IMG/VR virus record: IMGVR_UViG_3300043418_000072
Span: 290,099 to 354,098 of that record
DNA: 64,000 bases
Direction: 5' to 3' (one strand)
Shown: positions 23,715-34,662 of the stretch, in pieces
Layout of the letters: every line of letters begins with the position of its first letter
Position numbering within the stretch: the first letter of the stretch is position 1
Made by a program: the position numbers and the translations under genes
The notes under the pieces: generated by a model
Database searches by the model: none
What the model was told of the DNA's origin: nothing
Seen by the model: only the letters and a program-made list of their open reading frames with translations

Positions 23715-25402
23715 TTACGTAGTTTCATTGCCTGATACTGTGCCATTAAATCACGGCCCATATTGGATACAACATCAATGTTCTCTGTAGCCATTTTGTT
23801 AACAGCCATTGGGTTGTCACCGGGATATTCACGCTTGAACTGCTTCTTCTCGCGATTCATGTCGTCACCTTGATGTGTAATGACATCTTGACCTTGATAA
23901 CATTCTTCAGGAGTATTAGCATATTGCCCTTCGGCTTCGTCCATTTCAATTTCAATTGGCTCATCACACATTTCAACACCGCTGTCACTAGACATAACGT
24001 CTTGTGCGTGAGCTGCTGCTGCGCCATTACCCAATCCAGCAATTTTCAACATTTGCAATAGTTGCTCTGCTGCTTCGCCGTCTGCTGTAATGTTAATGTT
24101 CTTGCTACCATCGCTGCTGGCATTGGTATTAACGTTAATCTTGCCGTGAGTGTCTTGCATTGCTGCTGCTTCTTCACCAAAGTTTTCGTTAACATTCTTG
24201 CTTTCCATAGTTAGACCAGCCAACTTAGCTAGCTCGTCTAATTCTTCTGCAGGACCACGTCCTGTGTTCTGTGCTAACGTCTTTGGATCGCTGATATTAT
24301 GGCTAGTGTCTTGAACTTGATCCATTGTTACTGGGAAGTTTTGACCTGCTGCCTTGCGTTGCACTGCTGGAATGTTTTGTGGCAATACGCTTGCTTCTTC
24401 CATTTGCTTTTTAGCATGTGAATGCAAGTGCATAAAGTCACGTAAACGCTCTGGCATGTCACCGGACATTTTATACGACTGGATGTCTTGATTAATAGCT
24501 TCAAGCATTTCATTCATATTCATGTCAGCTTCGTCCATCATTTTACGGAAGTTAACACTTTCAAGCACTAAACGGCTTTCAGCAACACTGCGGTACTTAA
24601 CTACATCTTTGTGACGCAAGCTGTTCTTCATTGTGTCTATCTTCTTGCCAGCGCCCACTTGGTCGGCGTTTGCATCTTTAGCTCCACGATTGTAATTGCG
24701 CTTGGCTTGTTTTAATAATGAACTTTCGTCTACAGTATCAATATTGGCCTTGCCGCGAATTACTGTACCTGTGCTGCCCTTAGGCGCTTTACCCGTAGTA
24801 CGTCCAAAAATATCACCCTTTGGTGCGTTGAATTCTGGATCACGCTCTTTCTTAGGACGGCCTTTTTGACCTGTCTTAGGTACGTGCTTGGCTTTCTTAG
24901 TGCCGTCGTCGTTTACATCAGTTTGGTATCCATATGTGCCTTTATGCACTGCGCCGCCTTTGACTGGTACTACTTCGCCTTCGTCTACCGTATCGTGAGT
25001 GTCTTTACCTTTAACTACAGTACCTTTGCCCTTAGGAGCTTTGCCTGTAGTACGACCAAAGATATCGCCTTTAGGAGCATTAATCTCAGCTGGCTTTTCT
25101 TTCTTAGGACGGCCTTTTTGACCTGTCTTAGGTACGTGCTTGGCTTTCTTAGTGCCATCATCACCTACATCGTATTCGTTACCATAGCGACCAACCTTGT
25201 GGATAGTGCCTTGCTTGGTCTTTAGTTGTTCGTATTCTTCACGTAGTTTAGCTTCAACTTTGCTAACACCTTCTAAGATGCTGCCTTTGGCTTCTACTTC
25301 GTCGTAGACTTCTTTTGCTACTTCTTTTGCAGTAGACTCGTTAAGTGGTAATAATTTTTTAAAAACGTTTAGAACGTTGTACATTCCGTTGCTGTTGCTC
25401 AT
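23711..25402 (-). CDS. Hypothetical protein with duplicated basic module carrying AT-hook-like KGRPKK
   Basis: Two copies of KKAKHVPKTGQKGRPKKE...APKGDIFGRTTGKAPKG. Confidence 0.75.
   Translation of the reverse strand: MSNSNGMYNVLNVFKKLLPLNESTAKEVAKEVYDEVEAKGSILEGVSKVEAKLREEYEQLKTKQGTIHKVGRYGNEYDVGDDGTKKAKHVPKTGQKGRPKKEKPAEINAPKGDIFGRTTGKAPKGKGTVVKGKDTHDTVDEGEVVPVKGGAVHKGTYGYQTDVNDDGTKKAKHVPKTGQKGRPKKERDPEFNAPKGDIFGRTTGKAPKGSTGTVIRGKANIDTVDESSLLKQAKRNYNRGAKDANADQVGAGKKIDTMKNSLRHKDVVKYRSVAESRLVLESVNFRKMMDEADMNMNEMLEAINQDIQSYKMSGDMPERLRDFMHLHSHAKKQMEEASVLPQNIPAVQRKAAGQNFPVTMDQVQDTSHNISDPKTLAQNTGRGPAEELDELAKLAGLTMESKNVNENFGEEAAAMQDTHGKINVNTNASSDGSKNINITADGEAAEQLLQMLKIAGLGNGAAAAHAQDVMSSDSGVEMCDEPIEIEMDEAEGQYANTPEECYQGQDVITHQGDDMNREKKQFKREYPGDNPMAVNKMATENIDVVSNMGRDLMAQYQAMKLRK
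24846..25156. repeat. Intragenic direct repeat, 59-bp exact core, 252-bp period
   Basis: 24846-24904 identical to 25098-25156. Confidence 0.85.
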
Positions 25403-25995
25403 CTCACAGATCCTTTAGGTGGTGTTGGTAATTTAACTTGTGTGCTGCCTACTGGACTCTTATCGTTTGTAGGAGCTGAGTTTGTTGTTTTGCCAGCTTC
25501 TTTGCTGTCTTCAGCAAATTCATATGTGCGGGCACTTAGCTCTTTTAACAAGCTATCGAAACGGCTTTTACCAACTAGTTCTTGGCCGCCTTCATCTGCT
25601 TTCAATTCAGGCTGCTCTAACAAGCTACCTTCGTGATCTTTACCGTGTGCTTCAAATTCTTCGTTGAAGTCGTACTCGTTCTTGCCGTATACACAAACGC
25701 AATCGGCGTTAAGGCCTGCACGTTCTTTAATAATTTGGCGTAATTGTGCGCTAGTTGTTGGATACTTAACTGCTACCTCGAATGTCCAGCACTCAGTTGC
25801 ACCCATGTGTGGGAAATCTCTGTGCTCTTGGATTGGCATGCTTTTAGCTGGTGTTACTGTTTCTACTTGGTAGGCGTCTAGTGCGTTTTTAATGCGCTCC
25901 ATTACTTCACCTGTTGGGTTTGTACCTGCGATCTTAACACGGTATTCGTATACCGTGTTAAGTTCAAAAATATATTGTTGGAAGTTTTTTAACAC
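25399..25995 (-). CDS. Hypothetical protein
   Basis: 198-aa ORF, non-ATG start. Confidence 0.7.
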   Translation of the reverse strand: MLKNFQQYIFELNTVYEYRVKIAGTNPTGEVMERIKNALDAYQVETVTPAKSMPIQEHRDFPHMGATECWTFEVAVKYPTTSAQLRQIIKERAGLNADCVCVYGKNEYDFNEEFEAHGKDHEGSLLEQPELKADEGGQELVGKSRFDSLLKELSARTYEFAEDSKEAGKTTNSAPTNDKSPVGSTQVKLPTPPKGSVR

Positions 25996-26008
25996 TTGTA
26001 TTCCTTAA

Positions 26009-26533
26009 TTATAGTATATTTAGTCTTTTGCACTTATCGAAGTGCCAACGTTTCATTTGCGGGAATCCGCCAGTTTTATTGCAGTGAGGGCATTGTACCA
26101 AAGGTTTAGGTATACCAGATTTTGCCGCCGAAATGTTTAACTGCCACTGAAGTTTATTAGTAAAGGTTCTATCTGCCCCTTTACCTTTATTGCCAGTGCC
26201 GTGTGTATTTCCTAGCTGTCTAACCGAAATATCTTTACGTAACTCTGCTGATAATTTGTACCCAGACGCGCCTTCGCCACCGTCTGTCAGATTTCGCAAT
26301 ATACCAGTACCTAAATCTTTACGTCCATATTCAGATATTAGCTGTTTTTCTATAGCAAATGCGTCTTTTTCAGATAAATTCCCATTGAGAATAACTATCC
26401 GTGATTTATCAAGAGGTGGGTGTGTAGATTCACATGGTCCGTGCTTGTATGCCCTATTTCCCTTGCCTTTACCAATGTAGTAAGGGGTACCATCTTTTCT
26501 AAGATAGGCATAGACGTAATAATGTAAATACAT
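26009..26533 (-). mobile_element. GIY-YIG homing endonuclease (Seg-like)
   Basis: YYVYAYLR...PYYIGKG...R; NLTDGGEG; C-terminal CPHC; start reassigned to MYLHY. Confidence 0.85.
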
Positions 26534-26598
26534 GTGCTGATTGCTCCTCATAGCATTAGAGTAGTTGGATATTCCCGTATCGCGAACTACACCCATAT

Positions 26599-27111
26599 TT
26601 ATTGTTTCTTTGAGTTTTCGATAATCTGTGCTAGCAATGCGTTGCGATCTAGCACCATACCTTTGCCATCAATTGGCTCTTCCTCTTCGTCTGGGCCTGC
26701 TTTGGCAGCGTCCTTTTTAACTTGATGATCGTGCTTGGCTTTGGCTAACTGTAGCTGGATCATTTTTAACTTCTTGTCCATTTTAGCAGTCTTAGCACTA
26801 ATGGCATGTCCGAGCAAAACGCCTGCTGTTTGCATGATGGGACCACCAAAGCGTGGATCAACGTTCATGCCCAAATCCATTAGGTCTTCAAACTTTTCCT
26901 TGGCTAGCTTAGCCAATTCATCTAGTTCTTCGTCCCCTGCTTCTAAATCTCGCACCAGTGGCAAACTAGCATCAATCTTATCTATTGCATCATCTACCTG
27001 TGTAATGATGTCTTGGTTATCTTTTGCAAACTGCACCGCTTCGTCGATAGTCATATCAGTGTCAACTTTGGTGTCGGGCAAGTTAAACAACGATTCTAAT
27101 TTTTTAGTCAT
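26599..27111 (-). CDS. Hypothetical helical protein (possible terminase small subunit)
   Basis: Context only. Confidence 0.45.
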   Translation of the reverse strand: MTKKLESLFNLPDTKVDTDMTIDEAVQFAKDNQDIITQVDDAIDKIDASLPLVRDLEAGDEELDELAKLAKEKFEDLMDLGMNVDPRFGGPIMQTAGVLLGHAISAKTAKMDKKLKMIQLQLAKAKHDHQVKKDAAKAGPDEEEEPIDGKGMVLDRNALLAQIIENSKKQ

Positions 27112-27118
27112 ATGGTAT

Positions 27119-27553
27119 TTATTTGCCGCCTTGGTGGAAGATTTCGTTTTCTGTAATCACTCTAAACGTCAACCCCTGGCTTCTACACCAAGCCCTAGCT
27201 GCTTCCCACTTAGCCATGTTTATAATGGCTGCTGCCTGCGCTCGTGGGCTTTTACCAGCTTCTTGCAAGCTAGTTTCTTTAGTGGGCTTAACTTCAATAA
27301 CCTCGGCATGTTGCTGCCCGGCTGCATCTACATAGACCATTAAAAAGTCTGGTACGTAAATTGTATTTTTATTTGTTAATGGGTTACGGTAGTTAATGCG
27401 TATGGCTTCGCTTGCCCATTGCACTACACTAGGATTATTGTCTAAGAACTGCATAAACACAAATTCCCAGCTAGAGCGGTATGTAGGAGTTTTTAGCCCC
27501 ACATACTTTTCAGGGTTCTTAATCTGAAATTGCCCCTGTGCATACTTACTCAT
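27119..27553 (-). CDS. gp4: Head completion nuclease (T4 gp4 / TnsA-like)
   Basis: YRSSWE...D.NP.V..W.SE; YVPDF; EVKP. Confidence 0.85.
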   Translation of the reverse strand: MSKYAQGQFQIKNPEKYVGLKTPTYRSSWEFVFMQFLDNNPSVVQWASEAIRINYRNPLTNKNTIYVPDFLMVYVDAAGQQHAEVIEVKPTKETSLQEAGKSPRAQAAAIINMAKWEAARAWCRSQGLTFRVITENEIFHQGGK

Positions 27554-27927
27554 AAAATAATTGCGCGGCTAACGTATTTGTTGGCAATAGGTTGGTTAGT
27601 AATACCAAGATAACTAGTACCCTTGCGGTTCATGTTTAAGAACATTACTAGGTATGCGTTTAATTCGCCCTTGGGCAGCTTGGTAAATTCTTTTAGCGAC
27701 TCCATTGGGTTAATGCCCTGCTGTGTGCTAGTGTAGATAACTGCTGCTGCTAATGCTTTAGCCGCTTCTTTGTTGTACGTTACTTCTTCGAAATAGCTTA
27801 GGATCGCTGCATCAACGTTTGGGCTAACTTTTACGTTTGGCCCAAAATAGTTGTTGAAGTAGGTATTCGGATTTGTGTTGTCGTTGACCGATAAGTCAAC
27901 TGCATTTAAGTTTGTTGCATTTGCCAT
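27550..27927 (-). CDS. Hypothetical protein
   Basis: ORF in tail operon. Confidence 0.7.
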   Translation of the reverse strand: MANATNLNAVDLSVNDNTNPNTYFNNYFGPNVKVSPNVDAAILSYFEEVTYNKEAAKALAAAVIYTSTQQGINPMESLKEFTKLPKGELNAYLVMFLNMNRKGTSYLGITNQPIANKYVSRAIIL

Positions 27928-27928
27928 A

Positions 27929-29602
27929 TTATGCCTCTACATCGCCTTGGTCAGTTGGTAAATCTAAACTACCAAAGTTGCCCATCGAGAAGTTTGAGTT
28001 CTGCTCTGCTTGCGATGATGCGTAGTCAACTGTGTCTCCTGCAATATCGTGCGGGCTTTGTGCTGCTGTAGTAGTCGGAGTTCCAAATTCATCAAATGAT
28101 GCCAATGCTGTTGGATTTGGGTTAGTTGCTGTAGATACTGAGCCATCGTTTTCAAAGTACGAAGGATTAGTCATTGCCGTGTCAGTTGCGTTTGCTACTG
28201 CATCCTCTGTGCTAGAATTCGTTGACGATAAAGTATTTTCCAACTGTTCGTTTACGTTAGCCCCAGGAATAGATGCAAGTTTTTGCTCTGCTAGTGTCTT
28301 GTCTGATAATGTCGAGACGCTTTCTGCTGCACCAGTTGCTGGATTAATCTTGATTAGTTTGTTTAGTGCGCCTGCACCTGTTACTAATCCGCCCACAGCC
28401 AACAAGCCAGAGATGCCGCCGCCTGCTCTCTTACCAACTAGCACACTAGCCCCAAGGCCTGCAAGTACAGTACCTGCCATACCAAGGCTAATTGAGCTGC
28501 CAATGCCAGTGCCATTGCTAGTTACGCCATTGGCATTACCATTGCCGCCAGCGCCCGGGCTTGCGCCTTTGCCGTATTCATAAATTGGGGAACCATTTGC
28601 TAAATTACCTAAGTTAGGCACAAATAATCGATTCAATGGATTATTACCACGTAGCATATCCATACCAAGTTGTGATAATTCTGTTTTAGCCACTGCGCCC
28701 AAGTTCATGTTCTTTAAGTTTTGATATCCTCTAAAGGCCTTAAAGAACGCTGCACCCGGATTAGTTTCAGCAGGTGGTGTTTTACTTAGGTCGCCAACAA
28801 TGCTGTCTGCTGTTGCTAACAAGCCACCTGGTCCAATGATACTTTGTGTACCACCACCAGCAGGGGTTAGTGGGCTCGGAGAATGATCGTAAATTGCTCC
28901 AGCAAATCCGCGCACCGTTTGACTACTTACCCAGCCTGCCCCGTAGATAACGGATTCATAAGAGATAGTCATTTCGTGTTGGATTGGATCGCTTGAGCCG
29001 GCTTGGTGTTGTCCATGCTTAAAGCTCGTAATAACAGGGTTAATTAGTGTGTATTCTGCAAAACGTTTTTGACTCATGCTATAGATACGGATAGCATTAA
29101 TCAATCTGCCAACATCTGAGCGAGGAGTATAACCCCAGCTGTTGTTTGGGCGTTGTCCATACTTGGTTGATTGCATATACGCAGGGTTAACCTGGCCGCC
29201 TGAGTCGGAGTATCCTAAGTCTGCATCACGGAAATAGTGGTTGTAGTACTGGAACCAAATGCTGCGAACTACGTCTGCATGGTCGTCATGGAATGTGATA
29301 GTAATCGGATCGTACTTTACTTTAGTTTGTACAATGTCGTATTTGTTATAGCTGTTTAGTGTCTTAGTGTCAACAGTAAACTTAGGAAGGTCTACGCTTT
29401 TAACTAGCATACCGGCTTTTACTCTAGAGTCGTCGCCGATCTTATTAAGAAATGCAGGAGCCAAGTCCAAGAACACGTGGAACAGGTAGCCCTGACGTGG
29501 TGCTAAATTGAAGTTGTCGCCAACGTATAACTTAGCGGCGTGTTGATAATCTTTAATCTGATCACCTTTGCCCACTTGTTGTAAAAACTGATTAATGCTC
29601 AC
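27929..29602 (-). CDS. Tail tube-like / baseplate junction protein with low-complexity C-terminal extension
   Basis: VKSVDLPKF...YDPITITFHDD, a gp19/gp54-like fold. Confidence 0.65.
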   Translation of the reverse strand: MSINQFLQQVGKGDQIKDYQHAAKLYVGDNFNLAPRQGYLFHVFLDLAPAFLNKIGDDSRVKAGMLVKSVDLPKFTVDTKTLNSYNKYDIVQTKVKYDPITITFHDDHADVVRSIWFQYYNHYFRDADLGYSDSGGQVNPAYMQSTKYGQRPNNSWGYTPRSDVGRLINAIRIYSMSQKRFAEYTLINPVITSFKHGQHQAGSSDPIQHEMTISYESVIYGAGWVSSQTVRGFAGAIYDHSPSPLTPAGGGTQSIIGPGGLLATADSIVGDLSKTPPAETNPGAAFFKAFRGYQNLKNMNLGAVAKTELSQLGMDMLRGNNPLNRLFVPNLGNLANGSPIYEYGKGASPGAGGNGNANGVTSNGTGIGSSISLGMAGTVLAGLGASVLVGKRAGGGISGLLAVGGLVTGAGALNKLIKINPATGAAESVSTLSDKTLAEQKLASIPGANVNEQLENTLSSTNSSTEDAVANATDTAMTNPSYFENDGSVSTATNPNPTALASFDEFGTPTTTAAQSPHDIAGDTVDYASSQAEQNSNFSMGNFGSLDLPTDQGDVEA

Positions 29603-29634
29603 AATACGTATCCTATTATGTATTATTTAGCCAG

Positions 29635-29661
29635 AAAAAAGCCCGGTGATTAAACCGGGCT
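29635..29661 (-). terminator. Intrinsic terminator
   Basis: GCCCGG/CCGGGC + T6. Confidence 0.8.
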
Positions 29662-29694
29662 CAAGTGCTTTTTTATAATATTGCTCGTCTAGGC

Positions 29695-30312
29695 TTATCC
29701 GGAGATCATTGTGCCTAGTGTTCTACCAACCGCTGTACCAATGCCGGTACCTGTTGGAGTTTGTACTGCGTTATCAAAGCGCATGGTTAATGCGATTTGT
29801 ACAGGGTCACTAGAGCTGTATGCCATGTCACCGTAGTCCACGCTGCTCAACATACATCCGTATAGTTCCCAAGTTTCTAAAACGTTAGGCTGGTTAGCAC
29901 CATTACCGCCGTCTAGTACTTCGTAACGTAACAAGAACTTGTAGTCAATACCACTTGCTGCACTAGATTGTTCAGCAAAGTCAAATTGCTTCTGGATTTG
30001 TTCGCCAACTAAGCGGCTTACGTTACCAGCAGCATCGTCGCGTAGGTTAACTGTAATCTCTTGCCATTCTGGTTTACCTTGCAAATATACTTTGCTGTTG
30101 TAAACGTCAACAGTAATAGGGTTGAAGTTAACGTTAGGACGTTTGATGTCAACTACTTGTTTTGTTAATTCTGTTTTGTCAGCACTTACACCAAAGTTTT
30201 CAAAAGTAGCGCGGAAGCGATACTTCAACTTTGGCATTAGCAAACCCTGTGCTGATGCACTTTGGTTAGTTGCCAATGGTACTGTAATTCTTGTTAATGA
30301 TGATACTGCCAT
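29695..30312 (-). CDS. gp19: Tail tube protein
   Basis: PKLKYRFR, GKPEWQEITV, WELYGC, RFDNA; follows sheath. Confidence 0.88.
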   Translation of the reverse strand: MAVSSLTRITVPLATNQSASAQGLLMPKLKYRFRATFENFGVSADKTELTKQVVDIKRPNVNFNPITVDVYNSKVYLQGKPEWQEITVNLRDDAAGNVSRLVGEQIQKQFDFAEQSSAASGIDYKFLLRYEVLDGGNGANQPNVLETWELYGCMLSSVDYGDMAYSSSDPVQIALTMRFDNAVQTPTGTGIGTAVGRTLGTMISG

Positions 30313-30388
30313 CTTATTCTCCTGTTAAGGTATTTACCTAATTTTGGGTGAGTTAACGGGACCGGTATGGTCCCGTTATATACCTACT

Positions 30389-33300
30389 TTATGCGCCTAA
30401 TTGCTTAATGCCACCTGGATTATACAAGCGGATTGGAATGTAGATAAACTCAACATCCTTCATTGGCTCAATAGCGATATCAACATACAACTCATTACGT
30501 GCAATACGTGTTGGTGTATTGTTGCTGTCGTCACATACTACCAAGTAGTCGTACACACCGCGCTTGCTTACCAAGTCGTTTACTGCACCACTGATAATAG
30601 TCTTCAACTGGTCGCGTGTGATCTTGTCGTTTGGTTCAAACAAGAAGCCGTTACCAACGCTAGCAAGAATTGTACGGATGTAGTTAACTAGACGAGCTAC
30701 GTTTACACGATCCATTGCGCTTGCAACTGGGTTACGAGTCTTTTGACCCCATACAACTAAACCAATTCCTGGCAAGTTAGTGATTGGGTTAATCTTGTTT
30801 TCATACAAGCTATCACGTAGACCTTGGTTAACACCAATTGGGTTATACTCACCAGTCATTGCGTCAATGTAACCTACGCTGTTAGCGTTGTCAACTAAAC
30901 CACGGCGTGTACCAGCTGGTGCAAACCATTGATAGCTAATGTTATCACTGTGCAAGAATGTACGTAGAGCAACGTGACTTGCTGGAACAACAATAGTGTT
31001 ACCTTGCACGTCATTTGTTTGCGCTGCGCCTGGGTAGTAAACACCTAGGTACGGATCGTTTGTTGTCAAACCAGTTGCGTTATCTGTGTTGTTGCTCCAA
31101 TTGATCAAATCAATTGTGTTTGGAGCTAAACGGAACGGTGTATCACCAATAATGAACGCTGTGTTTTGACGGTCGTTGTTTAGAGCAACCATGTTAGCAA
31201 TAAGTTCTTGGTAACCAGGAGCTGCAATCAAGTTGAATGCGTATTGGTCTTCACGAACTGCTGTGTTGCCGTCCAATGCTGCCTTCAATGCGCTAACAAC
31301 CATATGGCGTTGAGCTTGGTGACCAGCATACATGCTGCCATTGTCCTTCAATCCACTTGCGCTTACCCATGCGTTAGCCACAGTTGGCAATGAATCGTCT
31401 GGGAAGTTAGCTTCGCTGAAGTAGTTGCTTACAAAACGCTTAACGTTATAACCGCTGCGGCGTGTGTTAAACAACAATGTACCACGTGGATACAAACGAT
31501 AATCAGGAGCGTCAAGATCCAAGTAATCGCTAGTCAACAAATCTGTGATAGTTGGCAAGCTGCCGCTAACTGGATCTACTGTACCTGCTGTGCCCCAACG
31601 TGCATCAGCAAAGATGATACCGTTTTGACCAACTTGGTCTGTGTTATCAATCTTAACCCATGTAGTAGAGCTGAAGCGATACAATGCTGGCCAGTTCTCT
31701 AAGTCGCTTGTGTCTAACCACAAATCGCCCGCTGCTAATGCGCTGCCACTAACTTGAGTGGTTGGCTTGCTTGCGCTAACAATAACCCCGTTGTCATCAG
31801 TCAATGACAAGTTGTAACCGCGTGCATCATTGGTTTCATTTTGGTAACCCATCCAGCCGGTTGTGGTGTTGATCATAACATCAACATCAGTAGCTGAACC
31901 GTAGTACCATAGTGTACCATCTACTGGATCTTGGGTTGGCTCATTTACACTGTATGTATATGCCAATGGGCTCCAGTTAGTTAGTTCCAATGCACCAGTT
32001 GCATTAGCTTGCACACCTGCAATAGTTGTATCAAAACCTGCATCGGCTACCGGAGTACCAGTAACGTTAGTCAATTTGATATCGCCACCGTACTTGTGAG
32101 TCAATGTGATTGTTTTAGCAGTAGTATCTGCAGAAACTGTAAGTTCAGGAATGTTTGCTGCTTGAATAGCCGCTGCAAAGTTAGCTAATCCTGTGCTGCT
32201 CAATGAGATTGAGTAAGTGGTTAGCGCACTAGTTCCAATCGAAGTTACAGTGATCGTAAATGCGTTACCAGAGGTAAATGGGTTTATACTGGCTGCTGCA
32301 TTACTAGTGATCTTAGTTGCGCCTGCTACACGACGGTAGTAAGGCTTAAAGTCGCCAACAGTACCATCAGTTACATCGTAACGAACATATAGGGTACCCG
32401 CTGCAATGTTAAATCCGCCAGCAGTTGGATCCAAGTTAAAGATTGCATTGGTTGGATGGTTGTACAATGGGGCTGCTTGTGCAGTCCATGTACCTGTTCC
32501 TGCGCTGTACTTCTTGATAACAATGTCAGCACCGCCACCAATTGCGCTAGTCTTAAAGAATACGCTACCACTTGGACGTGGTGTTGTATCTGTGCTTCTC
32601 CATGCTGGAATAGCCACATAAGAACCGTATGTTGAAGTTGGTGCATTGTATGTACCAGCAGCAATACCCAATGTTGCCAATGGAGTTTGTGCGCTGTCAG
32701 CAATAACTACTGCATCGTTCAATGCCAAATCAGTTGCAAGGATTTCTAGCTTGTTGTTTACTGCACGGGCCGTAACACCTGTGATAGTTGCTGCGTTAAT
32801 TGCAGTAACTACATCAGCTAATGATTTAGTAACGCTTGTGCTACCAACAGTAACGCTAGTACCGTTAATTGTGATTGCTGCTGCTGGTGATGCAGATGCA
32901 ATTACTGGACTAGAAGTTGTGCCACGGATTGTAGCGTGGTCGGCTTGCCATGTACGGCTACCTAGAACCGCCCATGCGTTTGTTGTTAACTTCTTGAATG
33001 TATACCAAACGCTAGAAGAGAATCCGCCTGAACCAGCTGGGTTTAATACCACTGCGTAAGAACCAATTTCGCCAACGCTTGCTAGAGGAGTGTTAATACC
33101 ACCAACGTTTGAGTATTGAGCGCTATCTGTAATAACTGCTGGAGTTACTGCGTTGAATACGCCTGCGCTAGCATCCCATTCGTTGATACCCCAGTTTGAG
33201 TCTAATAGATCTAACCAGTATGTACCATCAGCTACAGTACCTGTAGGACGGTTGCTTGTTGCTTCCAATTGAGCTAAGTCGATATCAGCACGGATTGCAT

Positions 33301-33619
33301 ATACGCGGTTACCAATGCCTAATGCACTGTAAGCTGCCATCAAGCCGTATTCGTTGCGTTCGTCGCCGTGCAATGCTGTACCAGCACTGCTTTGTTGGAA
33401 TGATGGATAACCAAATGCACTAACTAACTCACGTTGGCTAGCATACGCTTGTAACTTACCTGCATTTGCTTTTGTTGTACCCAATGCAGTTGCGCCTGCT
33501 GGATTTGTTTTGTCTTGAGCGGTAGCCAAGATGACCAATGGTACAGATCCAACTGCGCCTGGTACATATTGACTTTCGTCGGTTACACTTAATTGTAAAC
33601 CTGGAGAAATTAGTGCCAT
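30389..33619 (-). CDS. gp18: Contractile tail sheath protein
   Basis: MALISPG..V.DES; WFAPAGTRRG; LYENKINPI; DRVNVARL. Confidence 0.93.
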   Translation of the reverse strand: MALISPGLQLSVTDESQYVPGAVGSVPLVILATAQDKTNPAGATALGTTKANAGKLQAYASQRELVSAFGYPSFQQSSAGTALHGDERNEYGLMAAYSALGIGNRVYAIRADIDLAQLEATSNRPTGTVADGTYWLDLLDSNWGINEWDASAGVFNAVTPAVITDSAQYSNVGGINTPLASVGEIGSYAVVLNPAGSGGFSSSVWYTFKKLTTNAWAVLGSRTWQADHATIRGTTSSPVIASASPAAAITINGTSVTVGSTSVTKSLADVVTAINAATITGVTARAVNNKLEILATDLALNDAVVIADSAQTPLATLGIAAGTYNAPTSTYGSYVAIPAWRSTDTTPRPSGSVFFKTSAIGGGADIVIKKYSAGTGTWTAQAAPLYNHPTNAIFNLDPTAGGFNIAAGTLYVRYDVTDGTVGDFKPYYRRVAGATKITSNAAASINPFTSGNAFTITVTSIGTSALTTYSISLSSTGLANFAAAIQAANIPELTVSADTTAKTITLTHKYGGDIKLTNVTGTPVADAGFDTTIAGVQANATGALELTNWSPLAYTYSVNEPTQDPVDGTLWYYGSATDVDVMINTTTGWMGYQNETNDARGYNLSLTDDNGVIVSASKPTTQVSGSALAAGDLWLDTSDLENWPALYRFSSTTWVKIDNTDQVGQNGIIFADARWGTAGTVDPVSGSLPTITDLLTSDYLDLDAPDYRLYPRGTLLFNTRRSGYNVKRFVSNYFSEANFPDDSLPTVANAWVSASGLKDNGSMYAGHQAQRHMVVSALKAALDGNTAVREDQYAFNLIAAPGYQELIANMVALNNDRQNTAFIIGDTPFRLAPNTIDLINWSNNTDNATGLTTNDPYLGVYYPGAAQTNDVQGNTIVVPASHVALRTFLHSDNISYQWFAPAGTRRGLVDNANSVGYIDAMTGEYNPIGVNQGLRDSLYENKINPITNLPGIGLVVWGQKTRNPVASAMDRVNVARLVNYIRTILASVGNGFLFEPNDKITRDQLKTIISGAVNDLVSKRGVYDYLVVCDDSNNTPTRIARNELYVDIAIEPMKDVEFIYIPIRLYNPGGIKQLGA

Positions 33620-33709
33620 ATTGTGTTTCCTTTATAATACACGATATCAATATTTATTTGGATATGACAAAATTGGTCCGTTACGGTGCCCTTTGCCAAG
33701 GTTTGCACA

Positions 33710-33715
33710 TAAATA
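33710..33715 (+). promoter_or_regulatory. T4-late-like TAAATA promoter (representative of at least 15 copies)
   Basis: Also on minus strand at 14574, 20721, 22297, 26017, 27116, 29624, 30331, 33651, 36280, 42183, 58252, 61738, 62812, 63686 and on plus strand at 38486, nearly all just upstream of genes. Confidence 0.7.
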
Positions 33716-33719
33716 CAGT

Positions 33720-34070
33720 ATGGAACAACGCCCAATCTGCCCTACTTGCAACACTAGACCAGTTGCAGTCAACTACCTCAAGGAAGGTGTAACGCATTAT
33801 CGCAAGCAATGTGATAGCTGTCTACGTAAAGGCAAGAAATTAAAGCCCAAAAGACCGGCGTGGGCACTAAGCGGGTACAAGAAAAAGCCGCAGTGTGAAA
33901 AATGCGGCTTTATTGCTAAACATCCCGATCAGTTACAGGTGTTTCATTTAGATGGTAAGTTGAATAACACTAACTGGACTAATCTCAAGACCATTTGCGC
34001 TAACTGTGCAATAGAAGTCAGTAAGAGCAAGTTACCATGGAAGACCAGTACTATACTACCAGACTTTTAA
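33720..34070 (+). CDS. Zn-finger / HNH-like small protein
   Basis: Three CxxC pairs; VFHLDG..NN...NL..ICANC. Confidence 0.7.
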   Translation: MEQRPICPTCNTRPVAVNYLKEGVTHYRKQCDSCLRKGKKLKPKRPAWALSGYKKKPQCEKCGFIAKHPDQLQVFHLDGKLNNTNWTNLKTICANCAIEVSKSKLPWKTSTILPDF

Positions 34071-34662
34071 GTTGGCTGTATAGCTGATCAATAGTGCCAT
34101 TGTTGTCAATGATGTGATCAAAATGTGTACCTGCCCAGCTATACTCACTGGCATGGATACCTTCTTTAGCTAACCATTCCTGCGCTTTGATATCACCTCT
34201 ATTGGCTTGTTCTGCAATGCTGTACCAATGCGGAGTGATGCCACGCTGCACCCATACTACCTTAGCCGCTTGAGCTTTGAGTCCGGCGATTTCGTTGGGG
34301 AAACGACAGTCACTAATAACAATACTGTCCTTGCTGGTACGCAATTTGTTTTCTAAGCTGGCAATCCAGATGTCATCATGGAAGTGTGCTCTGAGAACGT
34401 TTGTTCCCCAGTTTTGCAATACCCAACGTGGGGTAATTGGCATACCAAGTCGGCTGCTCCACCACAGGTCAGTCTCTTCTCGCCAGAGTCTACTTTGCCC
34501 TGTGCGCCCTTCCAGCATTTCTCTATCCCATCCAAATACTGATGCCACTGCATCCTTAAGAGTGTTTGCATAGCTTTCGCGCTTAAACTCGTGGAAGTTC
34601 ACCAAATAGTCTGCTGCTGTATCTTTACCTGACCCAATAAAACCACAAATTCCTATAATCAT
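34051..34662 (-). CDS. gp1: Deoxynucleoside monophosphate kinase
   Basis: IIGICGFIGSGKDT; ISDCRFPNE; HASE. Confidence 0.9.
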   Translation of the reverse strand: MIIGICGFIGSGKDTAADYLVNFHEFKRESYANTLKDAVASVFGWDREMLEGRTGQSRLWREETDLWWSSRLGMPITPRWVLQNWGTNVLRAHFHDDIWIASLENKLRTSKDSIVISDCRFPNEIAGLKAQAAKVVWVQRGITPHWYSIAEQANRGDIKAQEWLAKEGIHASEYSWAGTHFDHIIDNNGTIDQLYSQLKSLVV

